From a virus (taxonomy: Duplodnaviria > Caudoviricetes): a DNA stretch of 64,000 nt. The stretch spans positions 23,182 through 87,181 of the IMG/VR virus record IMGVR_UViG_3300036546_000109; one strand, 5' to 3'. The position numbers and the translations under genes are program-made. Under the pieces are notes generated by a model. That model saw nothing but the letters and a program-made list of their open reading frames with translations, ran no database searches and was not told the origin of the DNA. This document shows, piece after piece, positions 8,187 through 17,974 of this stretch; position 1 is the first letter of the stretch; each line of letters opens with the position of its first letter.

Positions 8187-8462
8187 TTATTTTAAGCTCT
8201 GAAGAAATTCCTCGCAGTAAATACGCAGGGCTTTCAGCACGTCTTCACAGCTCCGACCTTGTGCAATCTCAATAAATTCTTCTGGGTTGCCATCTTCATT
8301 TTCTAATCCTGTATCAGCATATACAACAAAATCACCACCAAGTTCTTCCATGCTAATTGTAACACCGTTAGCAATAAAGAACTCCTCATCTTCTTGATTG
8401 ATTTTTGTAATATTAAGAATTTCTTTGTAACCATTTGGTGCTTTATAGAGTGTAACTTTCAT
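8187..8462 (-). CDS. hypothetical protein
   Basis: 91 aa, ATGA coupling to the upstream gene. Confidence 0.7.
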   Translation of the reverse strand: MKVTLYKAPNGYKEILNITKINQEDEEFFIANGVTISMEELGGDFVVYADTGLENEDGNPEEFIEIAQGRSCEDVLKALRIYCEEFLQSLK

Positions 8463-8920
8463 TGGGATAGCTCCTTAATCTCTTCAGCAAGCCACACCGC
8501 CTTGCGTTGTAGGTATTCAATTTCACTTTTTACGTCTGCGAGTTCCCGTTCTTTCTTGGCGAGAATGGCTTTCTTACTTTTACATACGCCCTTATCTACA
8601 GCAAAAAGCGGGTAACAGTGGTTCTGGTGGCTCAAATTATATACTTTGTCGTACTCGTCTGTATCTGATTTGTGAATAAATTCAACATCGTCAAGATTGC
8701 AAACAAACTCAAGGTCAATTTTTTCTTCGTCTAGAATTGTTGCGTGGGATGATAGGTATTGACCAGAAAGACCAGACCAATAGGTGTCTACAAGACCGAT
8801 ACCCTCCCAGTATACACACTGATTGTCTAAACACCAGTATGCCGTGCCAGAGCCAGCATGTTTTGCTCGGTATTCAGTATCATTCTTAAAATACCACCGG
8901 AACACATCACCATTTTTCAT
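8459..8920 (-). CDS. hypothetical protein
   Basis: 153 aa, GGAGG RBS. Confidence 0.7.
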   Translation of the reverse strand: MKNGDVFRWYFKNDTEYRAKHAGSGTAYWCLDNQCVYWEGIGLVDTYWSGLSGQYLSSHATILDEEKIDLEFVCNLDDVEFIHKSDTDEYDKVYNLSHQNHCYPLFAVDKGVCKSKKAILAKKERELADVKSEIEYLQRKAVWLAEEIKELSQ

Positions 8921-8921
8921 C

Positions 8922-9263
8922 TTATTCCTCCAAAAACTTCAGATAGTTGGTGTAATGCTTACGAATATTCTCTGCACCAACAGGATTTTGAGAATGGACC
9001 AAAACTTCAGGTAAAAGTATACCACCATCCATTACAAAATCAAGCATTCTCAGAAAACATGTGTACCCTGTACGTTCTTCTCCCTGGCCTGTAAAGTCTT
9101 GGATATCGTGGTCAAAAGAAACAATATCGTAATTAGACAGTAGCAAAGCATCTTCAAATTCTCTATAAGTCCTTACAATTTCCCAAGACATATCTAGTGG
9201 ATATTTGATCCACGTAACATCTTGAGGGTTACGCTCATCATCTAGAAACAGACCTTTCACCAT
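8922..9263 (-). CDS. cyclic-phosphate processing receiver (cREC)-like domain protein
   Basis: LFLDDERNP...SFDHD...TGY...VHSQNPVGAENI signature. Confidence 0.75.
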   Translation of the reverse strand: MVKGLFLDDERNPQDVTWIKYPLDMSWEIVRTYREFEDALLLSNYDIVSFDHDIQDFTGQGEERTGYTCFLRMLDFVMDGGILLPEVLVHSQNPVGAENIRKHYTNYLKFLEE

Positions 9264-9300
9264 TTATCCCGTGCCTCCAAAAGCATCAGTTGTTTGGCAT

Positions 9301-9330
9301 ACTTTACAATGCGTTTTGTGTCGTTGTCAA
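9301..9330 (-). promoter_or_regulatory. sigma70-type promoter
   Basis: TTGACA-N18-TAAAGT. Confidence 0.5.
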
Positions 9331-9343
9331 CACCTATTTCTTA

Positions 9344-9661
9344 CTAATTTTTCAGGATTTTCTCGATAAAGTCGTCAAAACCTTCACACTGCTCTGAAGG
9401 TTTCTGGGTATTTGTGGTCCACTTACGGGTGGATGGGAAATAATACAGGTCGTCAATAAACCACATCCCCGGCTTTCTTAGTTCAGCATGACCAAATCCT
9501 TTATCAACTAACTCCTTCGCAAAAAGGATATCGTTCTTACCTGCCAACTTGTAAGCATTCTTGTGATGTCCGTGTGATTCCGCCAATACCTCCCTGTAAA
9601 TCCTATCCTCTTCGACTCTACCAAGACCAACCCTTACAATATCATTTGCTGTAATAATCAT
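9344..9661 (-). CDS. hypothetical protein
   Basis: 105 aa ORF. Confidence 0.65.
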   Translation of the reverse strand: MIITANDIVRVGLGRVEEDRIYREVLAESHGHHKNAYKLAGKNDILFAKELVDKGFGHAELRKPGMWFIDDLYYFPSTRKWTTNTQKPSEQCEGFDDFIEKILKN

Positions 9662-9669
9662 ATATCCCT

Positions 9670-10938
9670 CTACGCCAAAATGTGATTCTTGTACACTGTC
9701 CCGTCTTGTTTGAAGCTTACAGTCACAGGAATCATTGTGTCAATACCAAATCTTGCACGGAAACAATCTCCCATCGTCTGAATGAGAAGTTCTTCATATT
9801 TTTCTGCCACTACGAAGCTATCATGCACAGGGAGGATAGGAATTTCTTTCTCCACAAATACAGAAAGGATATCTGCCGCCAGATTGCTGTCATCATTCTG
9901 TAGACGACGCCCGTAGCTATCCCCATTACAGAACAATTCCACAAAATCGGGGTAGCTATTGCAGATAGCATCAAACACACCACTCGCACGACCAAGTGTA
10001 TAAATCAGTTTTTCTTCGTCTGGCAGTTTATTTATCTCGCTCTGAATAGCTTTGATAGCATCTTTGTCATCATAAGAGTTGAACATAATGTTTACAGCGA
10101 GCTTGACAATTTCACGATCAACGTAGTTCTCTGGATCATCCACAATTCCAGAATAAACATCAGCCGGTAGCTCGTGCATATCCAATCCTTCTTTGGCTGC
10201 TGCTATGCGAAAATGAAGGTTACGAAAATCTACCTCTGTCACTGCCTCACCATTGATTGTCACACCAAACCGCTCTTGATTTTTCTTATGCTTGAGGCGA
10301 AGGATGTCAGCTTTGTAAAACCTACCCCCATACTCAAAACTTTCGTTGAACACTCGGCAATAAATGTTGGTCAAAACATTACCATTCTGGTCACGAATAT
10401 CTGATTGTTCATTAATTTTGTTCAGTTTGCGGATAAGTGTTTCCATTTCTTGCGTCATCTCTGTACTCCTAAACGGGATAGGCTTCTTTTTGGGGTTGCG
10501 CAGCTCAACAACCGAACACGTATCTAGATAAAATTCTTCATATGTCGGGTGCATGGCTTGCACGTCAAAAAAGGAAAAGAATTTCTCTGTGGGGAGGATG
10601 TAGCTCACACGCCTTTTATCTGGGTCGGGGTGAGCCTGTCCCTTAACGTTGCTAATGTACCCTTTCTCAACCAGAAAATCAATTGCTTTTATCACCCTTC
10701 TAGGGTTAATCTTTTTCTTTGCACTGCTACTAGCAGATGTGTTACGGGAATAGACAAGCAACTGACCCTTACGAGCACAAGCCAATAGGTTAGCAAAGAT
10801 GACATTTAGTGTTCGTATATCCGAATACCCAATACCTCTTGTCTTAGCTATGATGTCTACCCTGACCTTAAGATCATAAGTCAACAACCTTGTATTAACC
10901 ACCCTATACTCTAGGTATTCTTCCTCCTCTGTATCCAT
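9670..10938 (-). CDS. minimal superfamily-A (PolA/T7 RNAP-like) polymerase-core protein with possible N-terminal winged helix
   Basis: GGRFY, motif A EVDFRNLHFRI, motif B REIVKLAVNIMFN, motif C LPVHDSF; no exonuclease domain. Confidence 0.7.
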   Translation of the reverse strand: MDTEEEEYLEYRVVNTRLLTYDLKVRVDIIAKTRGIGYSDIRTLNVIFANLLACARKGQLLVYSRNTSASSSAKKKINPRRVIKAIDFLVEKGYISNVKGQAHPDPDKRRVSYILPTEKFFSFFDVQAMHPTYEEFYLDTCSVVELRNPKKKPIPFRSTEMTQEMETLIRKLNKINEQSDIRDQNGNVLTNIYCRVFNESFEYGGRFYKADILRLKHKKNQERFGVTINGEAVTEVDFRNLHFRIAAAKEGLDMHELPADVYSGIVDDPENYVDREIVKLAVNIMFNSYDDKDAIKAIQSEINKLPDEEKLIYTLGRASGVFDAICNSYPDFVELFCNGDSYGRRLQNDDSNLAADILSVFVEKEIPILPVHDSFVVAEKYEELLIQTMGDCFRARFGIDTMIPVTVSFKQDGTVYKNHILA

Positions 10939-11203
10939 CCTCCTCTCCTCTCTATCATATAACGCACTAAAAACAGCTCCAACCCAGGTGGCACTAAGGC
11001 CGTAGGCCGATTTGATGAAAAATATTAGCTTTATAGGTTAATTTCTACCACCAATTCTCCACCCTCCTCCCCTAAATGTCAACACACCACCCACTACAAT
11101 TTCTTCTATCATTCTCTGCATTCTCGATAGAAATTTACAATTGTATTTATCCCTAATCAAAGCCTAAGATAGTCGTATCGAATCCAACCAAGAGGGTGTG
11201 TAA

Positions 11204-11686
11204 ATGAAAGCTATGTATGATAAGGATGGTGTTGCTCCTTTGCAAGAGGTTGAGCTGATCGCTTATGACTGGGATAAGTATGTCACATTCAAGACTAAAG
11301 ATGGTGAAGTGCTCACTGAGAAGCTTTGGAAATTCAATGTAAAGCGCAGTAACAAGCTTTACCATCTTCCTCGTGGCTATGATGAAGATGTGCAAAAGCT
11401 GAGCCGTAAAGCAGTTTCTAAGCTCCTAAAAGAAGGACGTAAAGCTAAAACCAAATACTCTGTAAAGCTTGAAAGCGGAGAAATTCGTAGATTCAAAAGC
11501 TTGAACAAAGCCCTCAATTTCTGTAAGAGTTTTCACGGTGCCCTAGACCTTCACGGCAGCCACAATGCTAAACGCTGGTCGTGTTCCACTGGGATTATAA
11601 CCAAAGAAGACGGTTTCTGGTACTACTTCACCCGTCAAGTGTTCGTAAGTGAAGCCACACTCAGTCGGTTTTGTAAAGATAATTAA
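11204..11686 (+). CDS. basic hypothetical protein
   Basis: 160 aa; first gene of the rightward arm. Confidence 0.7.
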   Translation: MKAMYDKDGVAPLQEVELIAYDWDKYVTFKTKDGEVLTEKLWKFNVKRSNKLYHLPRGYDEDVQKLSRKAVSKLLKEGRKAKTKYSVKLESGEIRRFKSLNKALNFCKSFHGALDLHGSHNAKRWSCSTGIITKEDGFWYYFTRQVFVSEATLSRFCKDN

Positions 11687-11770
11687 TAAATACAATTATG
11701 CTTTCTGAGATGTTGATGTAGAATATGCCCAACACAAACAAATGCAAGAGAGCTTGCGAGGAGAGAAGAT

Positions 11771-12244
11771 ATGGGAATGTACACAGGGCTTCGTGGTAGG
11801 ATTCTTCTGAAGGACAATGAGCTGACTTCCGTTTTGATCGAAAAAGATTTTCAATGGGAAGAAGTTGCCTCTGTTTATTTTGATGAGACTATCTCAGCTT
11901 GGGCAAGCGTAGGACGTTGCAATTTCATCCCGAATGGAGCTGTCTGCTATATGCCTGCAAACTGGTCAGAGGGTTGGTCTGTTGAGGGCAACGTGCTATC
12001 CTTCACATGCTCTCTCAAAAACTACAACAATGAGATTGAAATCTTTATCACCTACGTGCTGCCTCATATAGCAGAGGCTTGGAACCTTGAGAAGCTATAT
12101 GAAGAATCTGCATATAGCACACTTATTTCCAGTGCTCAAGGGGTAGTTGATAATCTTAATAGTTGTAAGTATTATGATGACTACACAGGAGAGGAGCTTG
12201 AGCAGCTTCCGTATACAGATGTATTCTCATTGGGGCTAAAATGA
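11771..12244 (+). CDS. hypothetical protein
   Basis: 157 aa, GAGGAG RBS. Confidence 0.75.
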   Translation: MGMYTGLRGRILLKDNELTSVLIEKDFQWEEVASVYFDETISAWASVGRCNFIPNGAVCYMPANWSEGWSVEGNVLSFTCSLKNYNNEIEIFITYVLPHIAEAWNLEKLYEESAYSTLISSAQGVVDNLNSCKYYDDYTGEELEQLPYTDVFSLGLK

Positions 12245-12387
12245 AACAACGTAACATTGTCAAGAAACACACATTCTCCTTCAACAAGCCTAAAATTGAG
12301 CTTGACAAGAAAAAGGAAATGCGTAAGAATGGATACACAGAGCAAGAAGCTCTTAAACAAATGAAATCTTTGGAGGAAGAAGAATGA
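12241..12387 (+). CDS. small basic protein (48 aa)
   Basis: ATGA overlaps at both ends. Confidence 0.6.
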   Translation: MKQRNIVKKHTFSFNKPKIELDKKKEMRKNGYTEQEALKQMKSLEEEE

Positions 12388-12941
12388 CTAAGTTTAAGAT
12401 TGGGGATGAGGTGGAGTTGGTGGTAGTATCCTACGAACCATCCGTCCCAAAAGGCTCTATCCTAAATGTTGTAAAAGACGGCTCCCTTGGAGCTTACTGG
12501 ATCACTAAGGATAGCGTCGAGGTTTCAGCGCTCAACGACTACTCAGAGGAGTTTAAGCTTGTGAAAGATACCCCAAAAGCTCAAGACAATTCGTGGTATG
12601 AAAATGGTGAGCTTCCTCCTGTCGGAGCTAACATCGAATATAAGCTTGGAGCTGGCCCTTGGTATGCAGCTACGGTGAAATACGTGCTGGACGTTCTCGA
12701 TGGTGATGAGGGTGAGATTGTTATCGCTTGTCCACATCTAGGATTTGAACAGCTTTTGACGTTGAATAAGCATACAAAGATTCGTCCAATCCAAACACCT
12801 GAGCAGATTGCAGCACAAGAGCGAAAGAAGGTTATTGATGCTATCTCGGACGTGTTGATTGAAACCGAACGTATGTCTAGTTATACTGATGTGGCTGCAC
12901 ACCTTTATGAGTCAGGTCTTCGTTTTGTGGAGGAGGAATGA
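12384..12941 (+). CDS. conserved phage protein (GELPPVG motif)
   Basis: WYENGELPPVG motif is common in Pseudomonas phage proteins. Confidence 0.7.
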   Translation: MTKFKIGDEVELVVVSYEPSVPKGSILNVVKDGSLGAYWITKDSVEVSALNDYSEEFKLVKDTPKAQDNSWYENGELPPVGANIEYKLGAGPWYAATVKYVLDVLDGDEGEIVIACPHLGFEQLLTLNKHTKIRPIQTPEQIAAQERKKVIDAISDVLIETERMSSYTDVAAHLYESGLRFVEEE

Positions 12942-12942
12942 A

Positions 12943-13152
12943 ATGAAAGAGCTTAACATTTACAGCACAGTTGTGGGCGCTCTTCCTAAAATGGTGTCGA
13001 AGAAGGAAGCTAAAACTTTCATTCCTTACTCGGAGGTGCTAGAATTGAAAGACAAGCTTTGTGAGATTTATTCTAGTCCCAATCATACGCAATATCAGAA
13101 TAAATGCTATGCTGATTTCTTGCTTCGTAAGGTGGGGCTTAAAAATGAATGA
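12943..13152 (+). CDS. hypothetical protein
   Basis: Start moved to MKELNIY (GGAGG RBS). Confidence 0.6.
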   Translation: MKELNIYSTVVGALPKMVSKKEAKTFIPYSEVLELKDKLCEIYSSPNHTQYQNKCYADFLLRKVGLKNE

Positions 13153-13327
13153 CGATATGTCTCTCTGGCTTCCTGTAGCAGAGCATCTAAAGAATATTTC
13201 TTTGTCTGGCCTGTATACATTCAAAGATATTATTGAAACGGAGATTGTTATGAGGCAGGAATCGTTTTATAATGAACCTGAGCCTACGGAAAAGAAGCCA
13301 GCTATTAAATTGGAGGTGGTGAAATGA
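13145..13327 (+). CDS. hypothetical protein
   Basis: Start moved to MNDDMS. Confidence 0.55.
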   Translation: MNDDMSLWLPVAEHLKNISLSGLYTFKDIIETEIVMRQESFYNEPEPTEKKPAIKLEVVK

Positions 13328-13722
13328 ACACAAAAGAAAAGATTCTGCAAGATGCTCTTGAGGAACTTAAGCAAAAAGCTGGTGATGTGCTTGAAGACAT
13401 TATGTCTCGTCTTTACACTGATTATCTTCCATATGTAGAGACAGACACAGAATGCAATATTTCCTATCGTGTTGCTGGCTGCATTGAGAACATCTTGCAA
13501 GGGAAAATTACACAAGTGAGTGAGCAATCGTTCACTGTAAGTGATACATATGGTGCAGAGCATCTGATTAGTGTACGGGGCTGGCGGATGGATATGAAGC
13601 AACTGGCTGTTGCTCTGCTTCCTAGCATGGGAGAGACAATCCTTGAGGAACGAATCAAAGAGCTTGAGGAGCAGAATCAACGTCTTGTAGAAGAGATAAA
13701 GCAAGTATATCGTTCCTATTAA
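13324..13722 (+). CDS. hypothetical protein
   Basis: 132 aa, GGAGG RBS. Confidence 0.7.
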   Translation: MNTKEKILQDALEELKQKAGDVLEDIMSRLYTDYLPYVETDTECNISYRVAGCIENILQGKITQVSEQSFTVSDTYGAEHLISVRGWRMDMKQLAVALLPSMGETILEERIKELEEQNQRLVEEIKQVYRSY

Positions 13723-13734
13723 GGAGAACAAATA

Positions 13735-13917
13735 ATGCAACAGTCATCCCATAAATCAAAATCCTCTCTTCTTCGTGAGATTGATATGTATTTGAAGAAC
13801 GGAGGAACACAGATTACTGCGTGTATTTCAGAGGATGAGAAAGGAGCTACAGGCTATTTGTTTTCTCGTCCATTTGTTGTTAAGATGGTGGAACAAATTG
13901 AATATATGGAGGAATAG
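13735..13917 (+). CDS. hypothetical protein
   Basis: 60 aa, AGGAG RBS. Confidence 0.6.
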   Translation: MQQSSHKSKSSLLREIDMYLKNGGTQITACISEDEKGATGYLFSRPFVVKMVEQIEYMEE

Positions 13918-13919
13918 AG

Positions 13920-14891
13920 ATGACTTGGGTTGATAGCGTTGATAAAGCCTTTGATACTCTGAAGGCACAAGTGGAGCTTTTGAAGAAGAAAGCTGAAGAT
14001 GCTTTTCCTTCTCCTATGAAGATTAGTGATCTTCCACGAGCAGAGAGTAGTAAATGGGCTGTTGCTCATGGATGGAAGATTGAAGGTGGTTATTGGTCTT
14101 CTACTCGCGACCCTAACACTGTTGAAGAAGTGGACAAGCTTCTAGAAAAGGCTCTCTCTGTTCTTACAGAAGATATTCAAAAGCTGAAAGATGCACACGA
14201 AGTAAACGTCCCGGCTATCGAGAATAACCTTAAGATTCACGAGAAAGTGACACTGCTAATGCGGGACACTCTCAAAATCCCGTCTGGTTACAGCACTTAC
14301 GAATACAAATCAAGTCGTAGTCGAAACAAGACAGAAACACGTCATACGGCAGGCTACATCGGTGATTTACAGCGTAATGTCAAGACTTCTGACGGTTATG
14401 AGCAAAAGCTGCGCGACCTCAACAGCTATCCAGAAACCTTTAAGCGAATTGCAAACGATTTGAAAGGAAAAATTCGTTCTGCTGAGGCTGAGAAAGCGAA
14501 AGCAGAAAAAGCTAAGAAAGAAGTGCTCGCTAAAGCTCGCTTGCAGGTGAAGTATGGGTTGACAGAGGACAGTGATTGGTCTGATGTGCTTGACATCCTC
14601 GACAGCAAGTGTAAATATTTCAAGCTTGCGCGAGCAATGGAGGACACCCGTAATGACTGGAACGAAGGGTATGGTCGTGTACAATACGCCATTTCTTCGT
14701 TCTCTGTAGAAACTCCAGAAGATCAGGAAATCTACGATGAAATCTTTGAGCTTGCACACGAATATGGTGATATCGATGGTCGAGTGTTCCGGGACACATG
14801 TCACAATTATTCGGTTCTTTACGGGAAGGTTGACGCTGAGTTGATGAGTGACTACAACACCCTGAAAGAATACTATGACACTTCTTGGTGA
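13920..14891 (+). CDS. coiled-coil hypothetical protein
   Basis: 323 aa, GGAGG RBS. Confidence 0.75.
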   Translation: MTWVDSVDKAFDTLKAQVELLKKKAEDAFPSPMKISDLPRAESSKWAVAHGWKIEGGYWSSTRDPNTVEEVDKLLEKALSVLTEDIQKLKDAHEVNVPAIENNLKIHEKVTLLMRDTLKIPSGYSTYEYKSSRSRNKTETRHTAGYIGDLQRNVKTSDGYEQKLRDLNSYPETFKRIANDLKGKIRSAEAEKAKAEKAKKEVLAKARLQVKYGLTEDSDWSDVLDILDSKCKYFKLARAMEDTRNDWNEGYGRVQYAISSFSVETPEDQEIYDEIFELAHEYGDIDGRVFRDTCHNYSVLYGKVDAELMSDYNTLKEYYDTSW

Positions 14892-14901
14892 GGAATGATT
14901 T

Positions 14902-14994
14902 ATGTTTGAAGCCTTCTTGATTACGTTGATTGTTGTTGGGTGGTGTGTTGTCTCCGGCTTCCTGTTGTGGGGATTTTTCATTGAGTACGATTGA
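14902..14994 (+). CDS. small membrane peptide (30 aa)
   Basis: GAGGA RBS, single hydrophobic helix. Confidence 0.5.
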   Translation: MFEAFLITLIVVGWCVVSGFLLWGFFIEYD

Positions 14995-15220
14995 TATTTT
15001 AAAGGGCTTCCGTCAATATTCTCCAGAATCTCTCAGAGATTACACTTATCGGGGGTTGATTACATGCGGCTCCTATGATATGACCGATTTCCTTGAGCAC
15101 ATCTTTCAAGGGATGATTTCTGAAGCTGAGGCTGAGAGAATTGCTTTGGCTGAAGGAGAAAGGGCTTATGATGAGGGGTATAGTGAGGGCTGGAATGCCT
15201 GTGAGATTGATCGAGATTAA
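14930..15220 (+). CDS. acidic hypothetical protein (start uncertain)
   Basis: C-terminal AYDEGYSEGW motif; the true start is probably downstream of 14930. Confidence 0.5.
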   Translation: MLLGGVLSPASCCGDFSLSTIDILKGFRQYSPESLRDYTYRGLITCGSYDMTDFLEHIFQGMISEAEAERIALAEGERAYDEGYSEGWNACEIDRD

Positions 15221-15240
15221 ATATTGATAGGGGGTGGGGG

Positions 15241-16959
15241 GTGAGCGACTACGTTGTAGGAAAGAATCCTTGCAAACGTTGCAGGGCGAGAGGCAATGAC
15301 CACAACGGAGACAATTTCCACTTCTACGGAGAGGGTCTGGGTGGGCATTGCTTTGTTTGTAATTATACGCTGCCTTCTGACGATTGGTTGGCAGAGCATG
15401 GGGAAGTTAAAGAAGAGGAGTATGATCTAGTGGGAGCTGATTTTAACGATGACATCCACAAGAAACTGAAAGAGACGACGGGCGTAGATAGTAAAAACTA
15501 TCGCAGCGTTCGTACAGATGTGAGCAAACCGTTTGGCGTTCGTTATGCCTATTCTCAGGAAGATGGTAGCGTTGTTGAGACTTACTACCCTTGCACAAAG
15601 AATGGTGAGCTTTCGGGTTACAAAGTTCGTCACCATGTAAAACGCTTTGAGGCAATTGGTGAAACAGGCAAAGATTGTGAGATGTTTGGGCAGTTTAAGT
15701 TCAAGACAAACAGTCATACTGTAGTTATTACAGAAGGAGAGCACGACTGTCTGGCGGCATTCCAGATGCTGTCTGATGCACAGAAAAACAAACAATTTGA
15801 CCCTGTGGCTGTGGTCAGTACAACAATTGGTGGAGCAGGCGCCTACAAGCAAATTAAAAACAACTACGACTTCTTTAATCAGTTTAAGAAGATCATTGTT
15901 TGTATGGACGCGGATGCAGCAGGGGACAAGGCGACAGAAAGTGTCGTCGATGTTCTCCCTAAGGGGCGTGTATTTATCTTGAAGATGCGTTACAAAGACC
16001 CAAACTTTTACCTAGAAACAAACAAAGCGACTGAGTTCATCTCAGATTTTTGGTCAGCTAAGCCTTACACACCTGCTGGAGTTAAAAGTGCGGCTGAGGG
16101 TATTGATGAGATTCCAGATGAGTTGCGTAAACCACGGATTACCCTGCCGGAATATATGCACGTTATGCAGGACATGATGGGCGGGGGTATTATTCAGGGT
16201 CGCATAGCTAACGTGATCGCAGATACCTCGTGCGGCAAATCGACGCACGTTAATCGCATGGTATATCACTGGATTTTTAATAGCCCAGTAACCCCGACCA
16301 TTGTAAGTCTTGAAGCCACCGCTGCACAGTATATGTTGGAAATGTTGTCGATACATCTTGAGAAAAATCTTTTGTGGCGTATGACAAGTGAGCAGATTAT
16401 TGATTTTCTTGGCACCGAGGAAGGACAACGGGTTAAGAACGAACTGGCCTACAAAGAAACAGGTGAGCCACGGTTCTTTATCATCGATGAGCGTGCCGGA
16501 AGTATCAAGGACATGGAAGCAGAAATGGAGATGCTTTTCCGTAAACACGGCAGTAGGCTCTTTGTTATTGACGTTCTTACAGACTTGCTACGCGGAAGCA
16601 GCGAACAGTTTTCCGAGGATCACATGAATTTTCAGCGCAATATGGCAAAGAACGGGGTAACTACCGTGAACGTCCTGCATACACGAAAGCCACCACAAAA
16701 TGCTGAAGGTAAACCACGTAAAGTTAGTGAATTTGATGCACTTGGGACGGGCAGCTTCGTGCAGTCGGCTGCCTACAACATTGTGCTAAATCGAGATAAG
16801 CTTTCGGAGTCTGAGATTGACAAAAACACTACAGAAGTGGACTTGCCAAAATGTCGAGGCGGAAAAACGGGTTCAGCAGGTAAGTGGTTCTATGAATTTG
16901 AGAAAAGTAAGTGCCACGACCTTGATGATTGGCTTCGTAACAACCCACAAGATTTTTAA
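15241..16959 (+). CDS. DNA primase-helicase (T7 gp4-like)
   Basis: N-terminal zinc finger (CKRC...HCFVC), TOPRIM VVITEGEHD, Walker A ADTSCGKST, C-terminal SF4 helicase motifs. Confidence 0.92.
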   Translation: MSDYVVGKNPCKRCRARGNDHNGDNFHFYGEGLGGHCFVCNYTLPSDDWLAEHGEVKEEEYDLVGADFNDDIHKKLKETTGVDSKNYRSVRTDVSKPFGVRYAYSQEDGSVVETYYPCTKNGELSGYKVRHHVKRFEAIGETGKDCEMFGQFKFKTNSHTVVITEGEHDCLAAFQMLSDAQKNKQFDPVAVVSTTIGGAGAYKQIKNNYDFFNQFKKIIVCMDADAAGDKATESVVDVLPKGRVFILKMRYKDPNFYLETNKATEFISDFWSAKPYTPAGVKSAAEGIDEIPDELRKPRITLPEYMHVMQDMMGGGIIQGRIANVIADTSCGKSTHVNRMVYHWIFNSPVTPTIVSLEATAAQYMLEMLSIHLEKNLLWRMTSEQIIDFLGTEEGQRVKNELAYKETGEPRFFIIDERAGSIKDMEAEMEMLFRKHGSRLFVIDVLTDLLRGSSEQFSEDHMNFQRNMAKNGVTTVNVLHTRKPPQNAEGKPRKVSEFDALGTGSFVQSAAYNIVLNRDKLSESEIDKNTTEVDLPKCRGGKTGSAGKWFYEFEKSKCHDLDDWLRNNPQDF

Positions 16960-16990
16960 GGGGCTTTTTGAACATTGTTTATAAGCTAAC

Positions 16991-17021
16991 AAACCTTGAT
17001 CGCGAAAGCGGTCGAAGGTTT
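16991..17021 (+). terminator. GNRA stem-loop, probable terminator or processing site
   Basis: AAACCTT-GATCGC-GAAA-GCGGTC-G-AAGGTTT. Confidence 0.5.
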
Positions 17022-17061
17022 ATGTGTAGATTTTCTGCCGAAGTTTTGGAGGAATTGTTAA

Positions 17062-17940
17062 ATGACGATTGATTGGGCAAAGCATTTTGAGTACGACGAG
17101 AACAGCTTAACCTGTTTGGTGTGGAAAGATAAGTATAGGCTGGGTAGAGGGGGTAAACCTGTGCGTAGAATTAATGATGGACATGCCGGTAATCTTTCCC
17201 CGTCTGGTTACCCTGTTGTTACTTTGGACAAACGGCCATACTCCGCACAGAAGGTTGTATGGGAGCTATTTAATGGTCCCGTACCGGAGGGCAGGGACAT
17301 ATTGCCAAAAGATGGGAATGCGTTAAATTGTAAAATTGGAAACTTAGAGTTGAATTTCGAGATACCTAAAGACGTTTACAAATATGGGAGCTACCTAGCT
17401 GAGTTTTTCGAGTACGACCCAGAATCCCCTAGCGGATTACGTTGGAAACGTATTTACAAGAAGGGTAGTACTAGCAAGCCAGGGGATGTGGTAGGCTCTA
17501 ACGACAATGGGTATTGGCGCGTGCACGCTCTTGGCTCTCACTACAAGGCGCATAAAATAGTATGGGCATTGCATAATAACTTTGAAAGGCAAGAGGGCCT
17601 ACATATAGATCACATTGACGGCAACCCATCCAACAACAGAATTGAAAATCTGAGATTGGTGAGCGAGCACTTAAATGCGAGAAACAAGCCTATGATGAAA
17701 AACAATAAATCGGGTATACATGGGGTTTGTTTTCAAACCGTTAAGACAAAAGCTGGTAACTATATTGAGAGGTATGTGGCAGGGTGGCGTGGTCTTGACG
17801 GGAAACCAAAAACAAAGTGCTTCTCTGTAGGCAAATACGGCGCAGAGTTGGCTGAGTTTTTGGCGCAAGAGTACCGTCTCCACCAGATTGATTTGTTAAA
17901 CTTAATGGGCGCTGGCTACACTGACAGGCACGGGACATAG
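17062..17940 (+). CDS. HNH homing endonuclease with tandem modules and AP2-like C-terminus
   Basis: HIDHIDGNPSNNRIENLR; repeated FEYD...L.WK units; NNKSGIHGV. Confidence 0.88.
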   Translation: MTIDWAKHFEYDENSLTCLVWKDKYRLGRGGKPVRRINDGHAGNLSPSGYPVVTLDKRPYSAQKVVWELFNGPVPEGRDILPKDGNALNCKIGNLELNFEIPKDVYKYGSYLAEFFEYDPESPSGLRWKRIYKKGSTSKPGDVVGSNDNGYWRVHALGSHYKAHKIVWALHNNFERQEGLHIDHIDGNPSNNRIENLRLVSEHLNARNKPMMKNNKSGIHGVCFQTVKTKAGNYIERYVAGWRGLDGKPKTKCFSVGKYGAELAEFLAQEYRLHQIDLLNLMGAGYTDRHGT

Positions 17941-17945
17941 GGGGC

Positions 17946-17974
17946 TTGACGCCTCCTGCTTTTTCTGAAACAAT
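17946..17974 (+). promoter_or_regulatory. middle-type promoter for DNA polymerase
   Basis: TTGACG-N17-AACAAT. Confidence 0.6.
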
